This document shows positions 19,527-29,729 of a DNA stretch of 64,000 nucleotides, piece after piece. Source of the stretch: Candidatus Bathyarchaeia archaeon (GTDB lineage: Archaea > Thermoproteota > Bathyarchaeia > Bathyarchaeales > Bathycorpusculaceae); NCBI GenBank assembly GCA_038883775.1, contig JAVZLM010000008.1, forward strand, positions 1-64,000, in the 5' to 3' direction. Within the stretch, counting starts at the first letter, position 1. Each line of letters starts with the position of its first letter. The notes under the pieces are model-generated. The model was not told the origin of the DNA. It searched no databases and worked only from the letters and a program-made list of their open reading frames with translations. Both the position numbers and the translations under genes were made by a program.

Positions 19527-20519
19527 TTATGTTTGGAGTTCATGACATGCTACGAAGTGTTCATGTTTAACATTTAAGAGCAGAGGCTCAACCGTGGAGC
19601 ACACGTTCTTGGCAAGAGGACATCTCGTATGAAATCTACAGCCAGAAGGCGGATTAACCGAACTGGGAACATCCCCTTTTATTGTTATTTCTAAACGCTT
19701 TGAGGATGGATCCAGCAAGGGAGCAGCTGAAATTAACGCTTTAGTATAAGGATGTAATGGTTCATCAATTACTTTTTTAGCTGGTGCAATTTCGACTATT
19801 TTGCCTAAATACATGACAGCTATCCGCTCACAGATAAGTTGTGCAGAAGCTAAGTCATGAGTTATATAAAGAAAAGATGTTTTATTTTTCCTTATCAAGT
19901 GGAGTATTAAATCCAGAATGCTTCCTCTGATGGAGGCGTCTAACATTGATGTAGGTTCGTCTGCAACTACAAACTCTGGATTAAGTATAAAAGCTCTGGC
20001 TATGGCGACTCTTTGTCTTTGTCCTCCGCTCAACTCAAATGGATATTTATTAACAAAATCCTCAACGGGCGTTAATTTAACAGTTTCAAGAATCTCTGTT
20101 ACCCTGTTTTCAACATCTTCTTTCCCATCAAATATCTTTTGAACTTTTAAAGGTTCAGCGATCAGCGTGCCTATGCTCATTCTAGGATTCAAGGACTCAT
20201 AGGGATTTTGAAATATTATTTGTAATTTTTGCCGTAGGGGTCTTAACTCTTTTTCTGAAAGATGGGATATATGTTCACCCTTGAAGTATATATCTCCATC
20301 CGTAGGGTCAATTAATCTGATCAGCAATTTTCCAGTAGTTGTTTTTCCGCAACCGCTTTCCCCAACTAAACCAACAACTTCCCCTGCTCTCACTTCTAAG
20401 CTAACATCGTCTACAGCTTTTACAAACTTTTTTCCCCGAGTAAACGCTCCAAATAATCCCTTTTTAAGTGGAAACCATTTTTTTAGATTTGTTGCCTTTA
20501 TTATCACTTCACGTGCCAT
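19527..20519 (-). CDS. Peptide ABC transporter ATPase (OppF/DppF)
   Basis: GESGCGKT, LSGGQRQR, PSGCRFHTRC. Confidence 0.95.
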   Translation of the reverse strand: MAREVIIKATNLKKWFPLKKGLFGAFTRGKKFVKAVDDVSLEVRAGEVVGLVGESGCGKTTTGKLLIRLIDPTDGDIYFKGEHISHLSEKELRPLRQKLQIIFQNPYESLNPRMSIGTLIAEPLKVQKIFDGKEDVENRVTEILETVKLTPVEDFVNKYPFELSGGQRQRVAIARAFILNPEFVVADEPTSMLDASIRGSILDLILHLIRKNKTSFLYITHDLASAQLICERIAVMYLGKIVEIAPAKKVIDEPLHPYTKALISAAPLLDPSSKRLEITIKGDVPSSVNPPSGCRFHTRCPLAKNVCSTVEPLLLNVKHEHFVACHELQT

Positions 20520-20553
20520 TCATGTCCCTGCACATATTATTTTTTATCCTATT

Positions 20554-21504
20554 TCAGGAATAAAGATGACAGCTGACATAATGTTCACCGTCAAGTTTAA
20601 CGGTGTTTGGCTCTTCTCTCTTGCAAATCTCCATCAAGTATTTACACCTTGGATGAAATCTGCAACCGCTGGGGGGGCTTAGTAGGTTTGGGGGATATCC
20701 CTCAAGAAAAGTTATGGGTTTCTGAGTTTTAATTTCTGGAAATGCATTTATGAGCACTTGAGTGTAGGGATGTGCTGGTCTAATAAAAACTTCTGTAACC
20801 TTTCCATATTCAACAATTTTTCCTGCGTACATTATTGTCACTTCGTCGCAAGTTGAGGATATAGCTGATAAATCATGAGTTATTAATATCAGGGACATGT
20901 CCATTTTGGTTCTTAATTCGTCGATTAACTTTAACACTTGTGCCTTAGTTATGACATCTAATGCTGTTTGCGGTTCATCTGCTATTAGAAGGTCAGGATT
21001 GCAAGATACAGCCATAGCGATCAATGCACGTTGTCGCATGCCACCGCTGAGTTCATGAGGGAAGCTTTCCATCTTTGACTTTTCAAGGCCTACCATTTCT
21101 AGAAGCTTTGCTGTTCTTTCTAAGGCTTCATTTTTGCTTATATTACGTTCATGGGTCATTATTGCTTCAACGAGTTGATCTTTAATCTTAAAGAATGGAT
21201 GAAAGGCATTCATTGCACCTTGAAATATTAATGAAATTCTTTTCCATCTTATTTTGCGCATCTCGTCCTCAGGTAGTTTAACTACGTCGCGACCCATAAA
21301 CCGGATTTCTCCTTCCACTATTCTTCCATCCGACGGAAGCATCTTTAAAATCGATAATGCCAATGTACTTTTGCCACATCCGGACTCTCCAGCTATTCCT
21401 AAAGATTTTCCCTTATTCATTCCTATATTAACTCCATCCACAGCCCTTACTGGCCCTAGTGGCGTGGCATAATAAGTCTTAAGGTTTTTGATTTCGAGGA
21501 TCAT
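20554..21504 (-). CDS. Peptide ABC transporter ATPase (OppD/DppD)
   Basis: GESGCGKS, LSGGMRQR, PSGCRFHPRC. Confidence 0.95.
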   Translation of the reverse strand: MILEIKNLKTYYATPLGPVRAVDGVNIGMNKGKSLGIAGESGCGKSTLALSILKMLPSDGRIVEGEIRFMGRDVVKLPEDEMRKIRWKRISLIFQGAMNAFHPFFKIKDQLVEAIMTHERNISKNEALERTAKLLEMVGLEKSKMESFPHELSGGMRQRALIAMAVSCNPDLLIADEPQTALDVITKAQVLKLIDELRTKMDMSLILITHDLSAISSTCDEVTIMYAGKIVEYGKVTEVFIRPAHPYTQVLINAFPEIKTQKPITFLEGYPPNLLSPPSGCRFHPRCKYLMEICKREEPNTVKLDGEHYVSCHLYS

Positions 21505-21561
21505 GATTTACAACCTTCAATTTTTAACCTTTAAACTTTCAAAATATCAAAGACCTCCATT

Positions 21562-22329
21562 TTAATGTAAAATTTTTTCAGCGTTTCTCCCAAAAATTAG
21601 TTCCTTGTCTCTTTTACTTATATTTGCCATCTCAATTTTAACCATTTCAAATTTTATGTTCAAATACGGCCAATCTGATCCAAAAAGTATTCTTTCAGCC
21701 CCGATGGTTTCAACAGCATTCTCTATTTGAGAGGGACAAACTGCCCCAGAAGTTTCCAGATATAAGTTCTCGTGTTTCTTTGCTACTTTCACATTCTCGG
21801 GGTAGGAGCTGAAATGTCCTATTATTATCGTTGTATTTCGAACTTTTTCTGCCAACTTGCTAAATCTAACTGCGGAGTCGTAAGAACTGGAACCTGAATG
21901 AATGAGTATTGGAATGTTGAGATTTGCTGCATGCTGAATAACCTTTAATATCGCGTCGTGGTCGACTGTGAAAACCTCCATTATTGGATGAAGTTTTAAC
22001 CCGCGCAATCCTAAAGTAGACACTGATCTTTCTATTTCCTTTAGAGCCATTTTTCCTGTTCTTGGATCCACCCTGCAGAAACCTATGAGTCTTTCAGGAT
22101 ATTTCTTCACAGCCGCTGATATTTCGTCATTGGCTTTGGGATATTCGGTAGGCAATTGAGGGTTCGGAAAAATTACAGCTTTGTTTATTCCATTTTCATT
22201 CATAACTTTGATCAGTTCATCCTCGTTCCTCTCGATCATTGACTCATCTTTTATTCCGTACACCTCTAACGGTTTTATCCACCCTTTAATGGTTCTACCC
22301 AAATGAACGTGAAAATCAATGATGACCAC
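21562..22329 (-). CDS. Amidohydrolase (Amidohydro_2 family)
   Basis: DFHVH, GLKLHP, HSG, FGSDWP. Confidence 0.9.
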   Translation of the reverse strand: MVIIDFHVHLGRTIKGWIKPLEVYGIKDESMIERNEDELIKVMNENGINKAVIFPNPQLPTEYPKANDEISAAVKKYPERLIGFCRVDPRTGKMALKEIERSVSTLGLRGLKLHPIMEVFTVDHDAILKVIQHAANLNIPILIHSGSSSYDSAVRFSKLAEKVRNTTIIIGHFSSYPENVKVAKKHENLYLETSGAVCPSQIENAVETIGAERILFGSDWPYLNIKFEMVKIEMANISKRDKELIFGRNAEKILH

Positions 22330-22605
22330 ATCATTCCTCCAATTTTGGTTTACATAAATGGTTATTCAAGCGAATTTAAGCCTATCGGGAGCGCTAATAA
22401 ACGTTAAGCATTTCTGAAGTTAAGTAGCGTCTTATACGGACATGTTAACCACTAAAACCATCTTTTCTTTGCTAATCTTATTTGTTCTGACATCTATAAT
22501 GTTCATGAACCAAAAGTGAGAGAAAAATAAGCGAATGTGGAGTTATTGCTTAAAATTAATTAGTTTGTTTAATATTGTAGGATTGTAAATAATCTTGGTG
22601 AAAGC

Positions 22606-23082
22606 ATGAAAAAAGTTGTCCTATTGATGGGTTCGGAGAGGGATTTGGACTTTTGCCGTGAAATAACTAAATATCTAAAGGCTTTAGGCTTGGACTATGA
22701 GTTTCGTGTTGCTTCTGCGCATAAAACTCCTGTAAAGGTTTTAGAAATTTTAGGCGAGTATGAGAAGGAAAATGTTGTTTACATTACTGTTGCGGGTAAA
22801 GCCAATGCCTTAAGCGCTTTTGTTGACGCAAATACGGCGAAGCCTGTTATTGCTTGTCCGCCTTATTCGGAAAAGTTTGGAGGCGCAGACATATACTCTT
22901 CCCTTAGGGTTCCAAGCGGAATAGGCTGTGTGGTGACTATTGAGCCTGAGGGCGCAGCCATTGCAGCAGCAAAAATTTTCGCTTTAGAAGACAAGGATTT
23001 GGCAAAACGCTTAAGGGATTATCAGCAGCGGAAGAAGCGGGAAATTGAGAAGACCGACGAATCGGTTAAAAAGCTGAAATAG
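22606..23082 (+). CDS. purE: AIR carboxylase / N5-CAIR mutase
   Basis: MGSERD, SAHKTP, PVIACPP. Confidence 0.93.
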   Translation: MKKVVLLMGSERDLDFCREITKYLKALGLDYEFRVASAHKTPVKVLEILGEYEKENVVYITVAGKANALSAFVDANTAKPVIACPPYSEKFGGADIYSSLRVPSGIGCVVTIEPEGAAIAAAKIFALEDKDLAKRLRDYQQRKKREIEKTDESVKKLK

Positions 23083-23088
23083 TGTGCA

Positions 23089-24135
23089 ATGCCTATGGGA
23101 AGCGTTAAAGATTTAGAAATTATCAAAAAACCTACAAAAGCGAAAATGGGTGTTGGACGTTTTCACTTTTCAGACCGTTATTCTGTTTTTGATTGGGGGG
23201 AAATGCCAGACCACATTGAAGGGAAAGGCGCTGCGCTTTGCCTTATGGGGGCTTACTGTTTTGAAAGGCTTGAGGAGAAAGGTATTAAAACGCATTATAG
23301 GGGTTTGGTTGACAAAAATGGGCGGGTTTTAGGTTTTGACGAGTTAACGGAGCCTACGAATGTTATGGAATTTAACCTTGTCAACGTTTACAAGCCTAAA
23401 GCGTATGTGGAAAATGGCAAACTAAAATATGATTATAGCGTTTTCACGCCAAGGCTTAGGAATTTTTTGATTCCGCTTGAGATTATTTATCGTAATGGTT
23501 TGCCAGAAGGCTCATCAGTTTTTAAAAGGCTTGAAGCTGGCTTGGTTACGCTTGAAGAGTTAGGCTTAAACCATTATCCAAGGGCTGGCGAACGCCTTAC
23601 AAAACCAATCTTTGACGTGAGCACGAAATTGGAGCAGAGCGACCGTTACGTGAGTTTGAAAGAAGCGCAAAAAATTGCAGGTTTAACAGACAACGAACTG
23701 GAAGAGGTTAAAAGTGTGCTTTTAAAAGTTGATGAGACAATTACGGAAATAGCCTCAAAGGCTGGGTTAGTTAATGAGGATGGGAAGATTGAGTTGGCTT
23801 TTGACCCGCAAAGGCGGCTTATGGTTGTTGATGTTGTTGGCACATTAGACGAGTGCAGATTCACCTATGAAGGATTGCATGTTAGCAAGGAAATAGCCCG
23901 CATATACTATAGGCGAACAGAGTGGGCTAGGGAGGTGGAAGAAGCAAAGAAGAAAGGCGTAGAAGACTGGAAGAGCCTGGTGAAAACGGAACCGCCAAAA
24001 CTAGACCCAAAACTAAAAACAATAATAACTCAACTATACATGGCAACAACAAACGAAATAACTGGAAAAAGGATATTTAATGTTTCAAAATTTGCAGATA
24101 TTGTTAAAGAGTATAAAACATATTCAGTATGCTAA
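23089..24135 (+). CDS. purC: SAICAR synthetase (archaeal long form)
   Basis: MGSVKD, FSDRYSVFDWG, STKLE, DGKIE, GTLDECRF. Confidence 0.95.
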   Translation: MPMGSVKDLEIIKKPTKAKMGVGRFHFSDRYSVFDWGEMPDHIEGKGAALCLMGAYCFERLEEKGIKTHYRGLVDKNGRVLGFDELTEPTNVMEFNLVNVYKPKAYVENGKLKYDYSVFTPRLRNFLIPLEIIYRNGLPEGSSVFKRLEAGLVTLEELGLNHYPRAGERLTKPIFDVSTKLEQSDRYVSLKEAQKIAGLTDNELEEVKSVLLKVDETITEIASKAGLVNEDGKIELAFDPQRRLMVVDVVGTLDECRFTYEGLHVSKEIARIYYRRTEWAREVEEAKKKGVEDWKSLVKTEPPKLDPKLKTIITQLYMATTNEITGKRIFNVSKFADIVKEYKTYSVC

Positions 24136-24141
24136 TACATT

Positions 24142-24957
24142 TTAGAGAGTTGTAAAAGTTCGGAAATCCACAAAAGGCTCTGGCTTAACAATAACAGTTA
24201 TTCCTTCGGCTTTCCAAGGTTCGATGACGCTCTTGTATATTTCTTCTCTTAGATGTTTTGATAATCCTCCAATTGAATAGAATTCAAAGAATACATTCAT
24301 GGGTCTGATTCCTAACTCAATTAAGGGAGATATGGAAACTTTTTTGATTTTGTTCATTATGTATTTTGCTATTCTTGGAGAAAGCTTCTGCGCTGGATTA
24401 TCAAAAAAGACAGAAAAATAAAGAATATGTTTAAATTTTTTGGGTGGCGGTGTTGAAATACGGAGATAAGATGTGTAAGAATCTATGGGGATTTCAGTTA
24501 TGAAAGCTTTTTCCTTATTGAACCAATAATTGAAGGCATTTGCCTTTTCTCGGTAAAGTCTTAGTCTTCTATCGTCCCATCCCCATATTTTTTGGTTTTT
24601 CATAAACTCTAACATTTTCAGCGATATTCTACGGTTAACGAGGTAAATGCCACCGCTTAGTTTATTGCTGTTTTCATAGTTATACTTTAAAATCTTTTTT
24701 CTAAAATCTTTAACCCTTTCTTTGCCGATGCTTGACTCCCTTATTTCAAAGGCAACCAGTCCTTTAGGTGAATAACGAGGATTTGCCAGTCCAACTTTTG
24801 GTTTTTCAGGAGGAGATTCAGCAATACAGTCGATGTTATACTTTTCAATGTTGGTTTCTTGTATGTTATATCCAAGGGATTCAAGGAGATTCCATATTTT
24901 ATCCTCTGCTTCTTCTCCTATGCTTTTGGCCTTTTCGCCAATGAATGAGCCGCCCGA
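24142..24957 (-). CDS. Mrr-like PD-(D/E)XK restriction-endonuclease-fold protein; frame open for 114 codons upstream of the called start with no ATG/GTG/TTG
   Basis: The extension reads ...GEEAEDKIWNLLESLGYNI...IDCIAE...PRYSPKGLVAFEIR...GGIYLVN... and aligns by eye with 46029-46886. Confidence 0.65.
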   Translation of the reverse strand, partial: SGGSFIGEKAKSIGEEAEDKIWNLLESLGYNIQETNIEKYNIDCIAESPPEKPKVGLANPRYSPKGLVAFEIRESSIGKERVKDFRKKILKYNYENSNKLSGGIYLVNRRISLKMLEFMKNQKIWGWDDRRLRLYREKANAFNYWFNKEKAFITEIPIDSYTSYLRISTPPPKKFKHILYFSVFFDNPAQKLSPRIAKYIMNKIKKVSISPLIELGIRPMNVFFEFYSIGGLSKHLREEIYKSVIEPWKAEGITVIVKPEPFVDFRTFTTL

Positions 24958-25403
24958 TTATGCTGCAACATACTGAAAACTGCCACGGCTTCCCAATCTG
25001 CGAAGTGTCCCATTTTTTACTAAGTGAACAAGAATTGTTGCAACAGCGGCTTTAGTATAATAAAGGCCGTTAGTTTCCAAAGCAGTCATAATTTCACCTA
25101 AACTGCGAGGCTTTCGTCCCCAACCTGTTTTCACCATCAACCTTGTTAAAGCTTCTACAAGAGACGACGGTTTACCCAATGGTGGTGGATACTCTGTAGG
25201 AGGCGCTTCTTCAGTTTTCACTTCTTCCACGGATGGAATTTCGCTGACTACTTTCTGCAGTTCTTTGATAAAGTCGTAGAGCGGTTTTCCCATTAATGAC
25301 AAAACATTTGCATGTGTTCCTTCAAGTTCTATTTGAAATTCTCCTAAGCGAACTGATATTCTTGAGTGCTCACTTTTATCCTCTTTTTTGTCTCATTCGT
25401 CAA
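24958..25403 (-). CDS. Small beta N-domain + C-terminal winged helix protein; SD-preceded TTG start is out of frame at an A6 run
   Basis: The open frame includes RISVRLGEFQIELEG and WGRKPRSLGEI...L.HLVKNGTLRRLG...FQY; paralog of 47470 and 46896 ORFs. Confidence 0.65.
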
Positions 25404-25600
25404 CTTTTTAACCTCATAATTTATAGAATTATAATATCTTTATAAATCATTATATTGTTGTTCTTTTTTTGGTATTCTGTTAGGAATGCTTCTAAAAATT
25501 CTTTTACCATCTTCCTAAACTCTTTCAATTCTTTAGATATATCACCATACTTTTCAGCCATATCCTTAAAATTCTGTTTATATCCTCTCTAAACCCTTCA

Positions 25601-25831
25601 TTATACTTTCTCCAGCAGCTTCAAGAACTCTTCCTTCGTTAGTTTCGCATCCTTAATAATCTTCAAAAGCAGCCCAACACCAACCTTTTCACCAGCATGC
25701 ACTGGAATCACGGTTATTCTCCCATCGGAATGCTTCAAAACAACATGACTGCCACGTCTTCTAACAACCTTAAAACCTAAAAAATACAAAACCTTCATTA
25801 CTTTTCTAGCAGACAAAGGTTTTAAACTCAC
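25601..25831 (-). CDS. hicA: HicA family toxin
   Basis: GF-x-x-VRRRGSH, IPVH. Confidence 0.93.
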   Translation of the reverse strand: MSLKPLSARKVMKVLYFLGFKVVRRRGSHVVLKHSDGRITVIPVHAGEKVGVGLLLKIIKDAKLTKEEFLKLLEKV

Positions 25832-26049
25832 TTGACATGAACCTCGACAAACTGTAAACCAATAAGCTCAACGCCCTCACTTGGTTTACCCTCAGCTTCC
25901 AAGTAAGCTTCAATAGCCTCCTTAATCCTCACCATCAACTCGTCAAGCGTCTTGGCTTGAGTATGACAACCGGGCAATTCGGGAACCGAAGCCACATAAT
26001 ACCCATCCTCATCCCGCTCAACAACAACTGCAAATTTCAACCTAACCAT
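25828..26049 (-). CDS. hicB: HicB family antitoxin
   Basis: DEDGYYVASVPELPGCHTQAKT; 4-bp overlap with hicA. Confidence 0.93.
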   Translation of the reverse strand: MVRLKFAVVVERDEDGYYVASVPELPGCHTQAKTLDELMVRIKEAIEAYLEAEGKPSEGVELIGLQFVEVHVK

Positions 26050-26098
26050 CCCACAAAAAATATAGAAAAACTATTACTAAAAGTTTCCCAAGGCAAAC

Positions 26099-27532
26099 CT
26101 ATGTTACTAGTTCGTGTAGTTGGTTTGTTTTCCATGCACGTCTTATTTCTAGGGCTATGCGGTCTCCTGTGCTCATTCGCCGCTTATATTTGGCATTAGC
26201 ATATTGCGAGCCCAATCCCATGTGGACGTTTGTTCCTCCGCCATGCCTTAGGGCTACGTCTTGCGTAACTGGAATGTGCATGTATGGGTCGCGTTCTTCT
26301 GGCACATCATACAAGCCATAATCCGCGGCAGTTTTTGCTTCCACACCGCTTGTGAAGTCCAGCTTAACAGTGGGTTTGAGCTCGTATTTGCTGACGCGGT
26401 CCCAAGTGATTAGCGTTTGCAAGCACCATGCGCCTATTATGCCTGGAGGCTCGTGTTCTCTGCATGCTAGCAAAAAGCGGTCTGCGTAGCGGTGCACATC
26501 CTTCAGCAAGGATTCTCTTAGGCTTAGGATGGCATGCGCGGTAACCTCAAAGGAAGGCACTTTCCTTATTTTTTGTTGTACATCCGCTGGAAGCCTCTTA
26601 ACGCCGTCCAAAATTGTTTCTCTCCGCTCGTCTATGGATAGGAACTGGTTGGCTAGGCAGATTCTGGCTTCTTCTACGCTGACATTGTAAAGTTTCGCAA
26701 ACCACTCTTCAGCATCTCCCCAAGGGCTTTTTGCATCCAGAGGCGAAAAGAAAAAGTTAAAGTTTGCATGGGGACCTAAAACAATCTGTTCAACACGAGC
26801 CCTTTCCAACACTTCTCTGTTTAGGTTTCCAGCTGCCACTTCTCTGGCAACTTTTTCCTCCAAGTCTTGCGAGTCTGCGGCGAAAATGAATTCTCTCTCA
26901 AAAACCCTATGGGGGTGTTCAGCTTTTAGCAGCATTGGCTCATCAATGGGCTCCTTAAATCTTATGCCACCTTCATAAACTTCATAGTGATAAGCCTTTG
27001 GGTATGGGATTCCCGCTTGCTCTGCAAACCAGTAATAGTCCTTTTCTATTTCGCCTCTGTTTTCAATTTTTAAAAGCATCCTAGAACCCATTATGGGAAC
27101 CGCATATTCATTTTCTATTACGCTGCAGCGTTCGTCTCCGCCAACATAAACCGAAAAGGCTCTGTTGGTTATTTGGATGCACTCCAAATTGACAAGCTCA
27201 TCCACGTATTTCACTATGTCAGAATATTTATCAAGGATGAGGATGACGCTTTTCCAGTCATCATCCTTCCTTATGTCTTTAGGGTCGTTCACAACCCGTA
27301 AGTCTCTTCTAACCAAAATTGGCAGATTTTCCATAACTTCGTCTGGTTTGCCAACCATTGGGTTTTGTAGGTAAATTCTTGCTCTGCCGGGAGTCGTGTA
27401 TATTATGCTTCTTATGCCATAATTGCGTTGCCCCTGCCAAGCGTCTAAGGCTGAATGTGAACCCAAATTTAGTCCAATGGGCTCTTGATATCCTTTAACT
27501 ATCTCTTGCATTTCCTCTCTCTGAATAACCAT
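26099..27532 (-). CDS. purP: PurP-family FAICAR synthetase (ATP-grasp, DUF1246/DUF1297)
   Basis: GSHSALD, LRESLL, PGIIGAWCLQ, RHGGGTN, MSTGDRIALEI; near purE/purC. Confidence 0.85.
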   Translation of the reverse strand: MVIQREEMQEIVKGYQEPIGLNLGSHSALDAWQGQRNYGIRSIIYTTPGRARIYLQNPMVGKPDEVMENLPILVRRDLRVVNDPKDIRKDDDWKSVILILDKYSDIVKYVDELVNLECIQITNRAFSVYVGGDERCSVIENEYAVPIMGSRMLLKIENRGEIEKDYYWFAEQAGIPYPKAYHYEVYEGGIRFKEPIDEPMLLKAEHPHRVFEREFIFAADSQDLEEKVAREVAAGNLNREVLERARVEQIVLGPHANFNFFFSPLDAKSPWGDAEEWFAKLYNVSVEEARICLANQFLSIDERRETILDGVKRLPADVQQKIRKVPSFEVTAHAILSLRESLLKDVHRYADRFLLACREHEPPGIIGAWCLQTLITWDRVSKYELKPTVKLDFTSGVEAKTAADYGLYDVPEERDPYMHIPVTQDVALRHGGGTNVHMGLGSQYANAKYKRRMSTGDRIALEIRRAWKTNQLHELVT

Positions 27533-27877
27533 TTATGCTCACCATTTTGGTTAGGAAGTTGGAAAGCCAATGTTTTAAACCTTTTTACACGCAAGGATAA
27601 ATTGCCCATAGAATTTTCTTCTATTTTCTTTTTCCATGCATGGTTATAAAGGATAAAACAAATTTCTCATTTTGAGGAGAGGAGAGAAGGGAGAATTGGC
27701 TGAGGCTTGCGGTTGGCTCTTCGTGGACTCCATCCCCCTACTTTATGAAAAGAGAAGGGTTGCAAGGCAACTTCAAATCGAAACATGGCTTGACCTTTCC
27801 CAACTCGCAAAAGAGTTAGGAATTGAAAGGTTAAATGAAGCCAAACAAGAAAGGCGCCAAACAACCAATTACATAGT

Positions 27878-28639
27878 TTAGAGCCCGCAAGCCTCCAGCA
27901 CTCTTTCAAAATTTTCACGAGTCCTCTTCGCCTTATAGCATCTTAACGCTTCAATAATTGCCTTCTTATCCCTTTTGCCAATTTTTTCAGAAACTTTTTT
28001 GGCTATTAAACCGCTGATGAAGAGGAACTGGCAAATTGAAGTTACATTTGAAGGCTTTCGGTTTAGGCTTGCAGTTTCAAAATCTACAATAAAGGGCTTA
28101 GCCTCTCCATCAACTATAATGTGTTTTGGAGCGTGGCTGAGTTCGCCATGGTCTAAACCAGCGTTGTCTAAACGCCAACACTGTTCCAAAACATCATGCA
28201 AAACACGTTTTACCAACGCCTTTGCTCTGCGACTTTCAAGCCATTCTGGAAGCAGTTTGCCATCAACAAATTGCATTAAAAGAAAATTTTTGCTCACAGC
28301 CAAAAGCCTTGGTCCAACACTAATGGAGTTTGCCTTTCTGAGCATTTCCGCTTCCCGTAGCATTCCCGTGCGGTCTGCATCCACTCTGCGAATTTTTAAC
28401 GCTGCCCTTTCATGGTTTATGTGGGCTATGGTTACTATGCCAACACAGCCTTTACCTAAAATTGGCATGTTTAAAACCTCTTTTTCTCCGCCGAGCTCTA
28501 TGGCTTTGACGCCTAATTTCCGCAGTTCTTTTAGACGTTTTTCAAATTCCGTCTTTGTAGGTTTGGGATAACAAATTAACGCTGCATACTCTTCCTTTTC
28601 TAATTCTTGGATAAAAATTTTTTCAGTCTTCCCTTTCAA
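27878..28639 (-). CDS. RIO-like Ser/Thr protein kinase (COG2112-like)
   Basis: LGKGCVG, ALKIRR, DHGELS, IVDFE. Confidence 0.88.
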   Translation of the reverse strand: MKGKTEKIFIQELEKEEYAALICYPKPTKTEFEKRLKELRKLGVKAIELGGEKEVLNMPILGKGCVGIVTIAHINHERAALKIRRVDADRTGMLREAEMLRKANSISVGPRLLAVSKNFLLMQFVDGKLLPEWLESRRAKALVKRVLHDVLEQCWRLDNAGLDHGELSHAPKHIIVDGEAKPFIVDFETASLNRKPSNVTSICQFLFISGLIAKKVSEKIGKRDKKAIIEALRCYKAKRTRENFERVLEACGL

Positions 28640-28655
28640 TATTGGTCCTCAATTA

Positions 28656-29726
28656 TCAGATTACTCTTTTCACATACTCTAAGAAGACGGATGAATCGCT
28701 AAATGGCAGAGAGGGTTCTGTTACGCAGAAAAGATAGCAACCATATTTCCTTGCCAGTCCACAATGTCTATACTTTTCTCTTAACGCTTGCGCTTTGTCG
28801 GAATACCATATTTCCCTCAAATTTTGGTTTAAGGCGTTGCCCAAATAGTCCTTTGGCATGCCCAAGACGCACATGGAAGTCACATCTCCGTTGTAGGTTA
28901 TGCCCAGTTGCATAGAAAATGGATAACAAACATAGTCGGCTCTGTCTCGCATCAAATTTAAGAAAGCATCAGTATTCAGCACAGTCCTTCCAAAACCATT
29001 CCGCTTATAATAAAGGAGCATCTCTGCAACACGCCTAACAAAGCTCCAATCATTAATCCTTAACAAATCAGCATCTTCCTTTGTCATACTCCCTAATATT
29101 GACCCATTTGGGGTTGGCGTTTCAAAAACAGGCTCAAAAGAAACCGTAGTGTCAAGCGCCTTAGCCATGAGCATTAGCTTCCTAACATCTTCGAGGGAAT
29201 GCTGGGCTGTCAAAACACAGTTCATGTTAACTGCAATTCCATAATTCCGTGCTAAGCGTATTCCTTCAAAAATTTTTTCTAACAAGTTTGGCAGACCCCT
29301 AATTTTGTCATGGCGAACATCTGGAAAATCGACGCTTGTATTAATTGAATCAACAAATCTTTGAAGTTCATGAATTCTTTTTGGGAGAAGATAGCCATTT
29401 GTTAAGAGAAGGGTTGAAAAGCCAATTTTTTTGGCAAGCCTAAAAACTTCTGGAATATCCCTTCTTAAAAGGGGTTCTCCGCCCGTCACTGCCAAGAGAA
29501 CACAGCCCAAATCATAGCCCTCATCAAAAATCTTCTCAATCTTCTCTAAAGGCAAACCCAAAGAAGCATCTTTCACTCTCCAATAACCACAAAAACTACA
29601 TTTTGCATTACACCTTTGAGTAATCTCATAGCTAAGCAAGAGCGGTGTTGGATTTTTCAGGATAAAATTGTTAATGCAACATTTTAAAAAATTCTTTACG
29701 AGATAGCTTTTTATGGGGTATTTCAT
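28656..29726 (-). CDS. Radical SAM protein with C-terminal SPASM/Twitch-like Cys domain
   Basis: CNAKCSFC, TGGEP, C-terminal Cys residues. Confidence 0.92.
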   Translation of the reverse strand: MKYPIKSYLVKNFLKCCINNFILKNPTPLLLSYEITQRCNAKCSFCGYWRVKDASLGLPLEKIEKIFDEGYDLGCVLLAVTGGEPLLRRDIPEVFRLAKKIGFSTLLLTNGYLLPKRIHELQRFVDSINTSVDFPDVRHDKIRGLPNLLEKIFEGIRLARNYGIAVNMNCVLTAQHSLEDVRKLMLMAKALDTTVSFEPVFETPTPNGSILGSMTKEDADLLRINDWSFVRRVAEMLLYYKRNGFGRTVLNTDAFLNLMRDRADYVCYPFSMQLGITYNGDVTSMCVLGMPKDYLGNALNQNLREIWYSDKAQALREKYRHCGLARKYGCYLFCVTEPSLPFSDSSVFLEYVKRVI

Positions 29727-29729
29727 GGT

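Noticed and set aside
25430-25590. Short open frame on the minus strand (…FKDMAEKYGDISKELKEF…) after hicA
   Set aside because: It looks like a coiled-coil gene remnant but has no supported start or identifiable family.
27672-27881. 69-aa ORF between purP and the kinase
   Set aside because: It has no motifs and competes with an antisense ORF, so coding status cannot be supported.
27975-28571. Long antisense ORFs (also 14194-14700, 58103-58597 and others)
   Set aside because: They are shadow frames of well-supported genes on the opposite strand.
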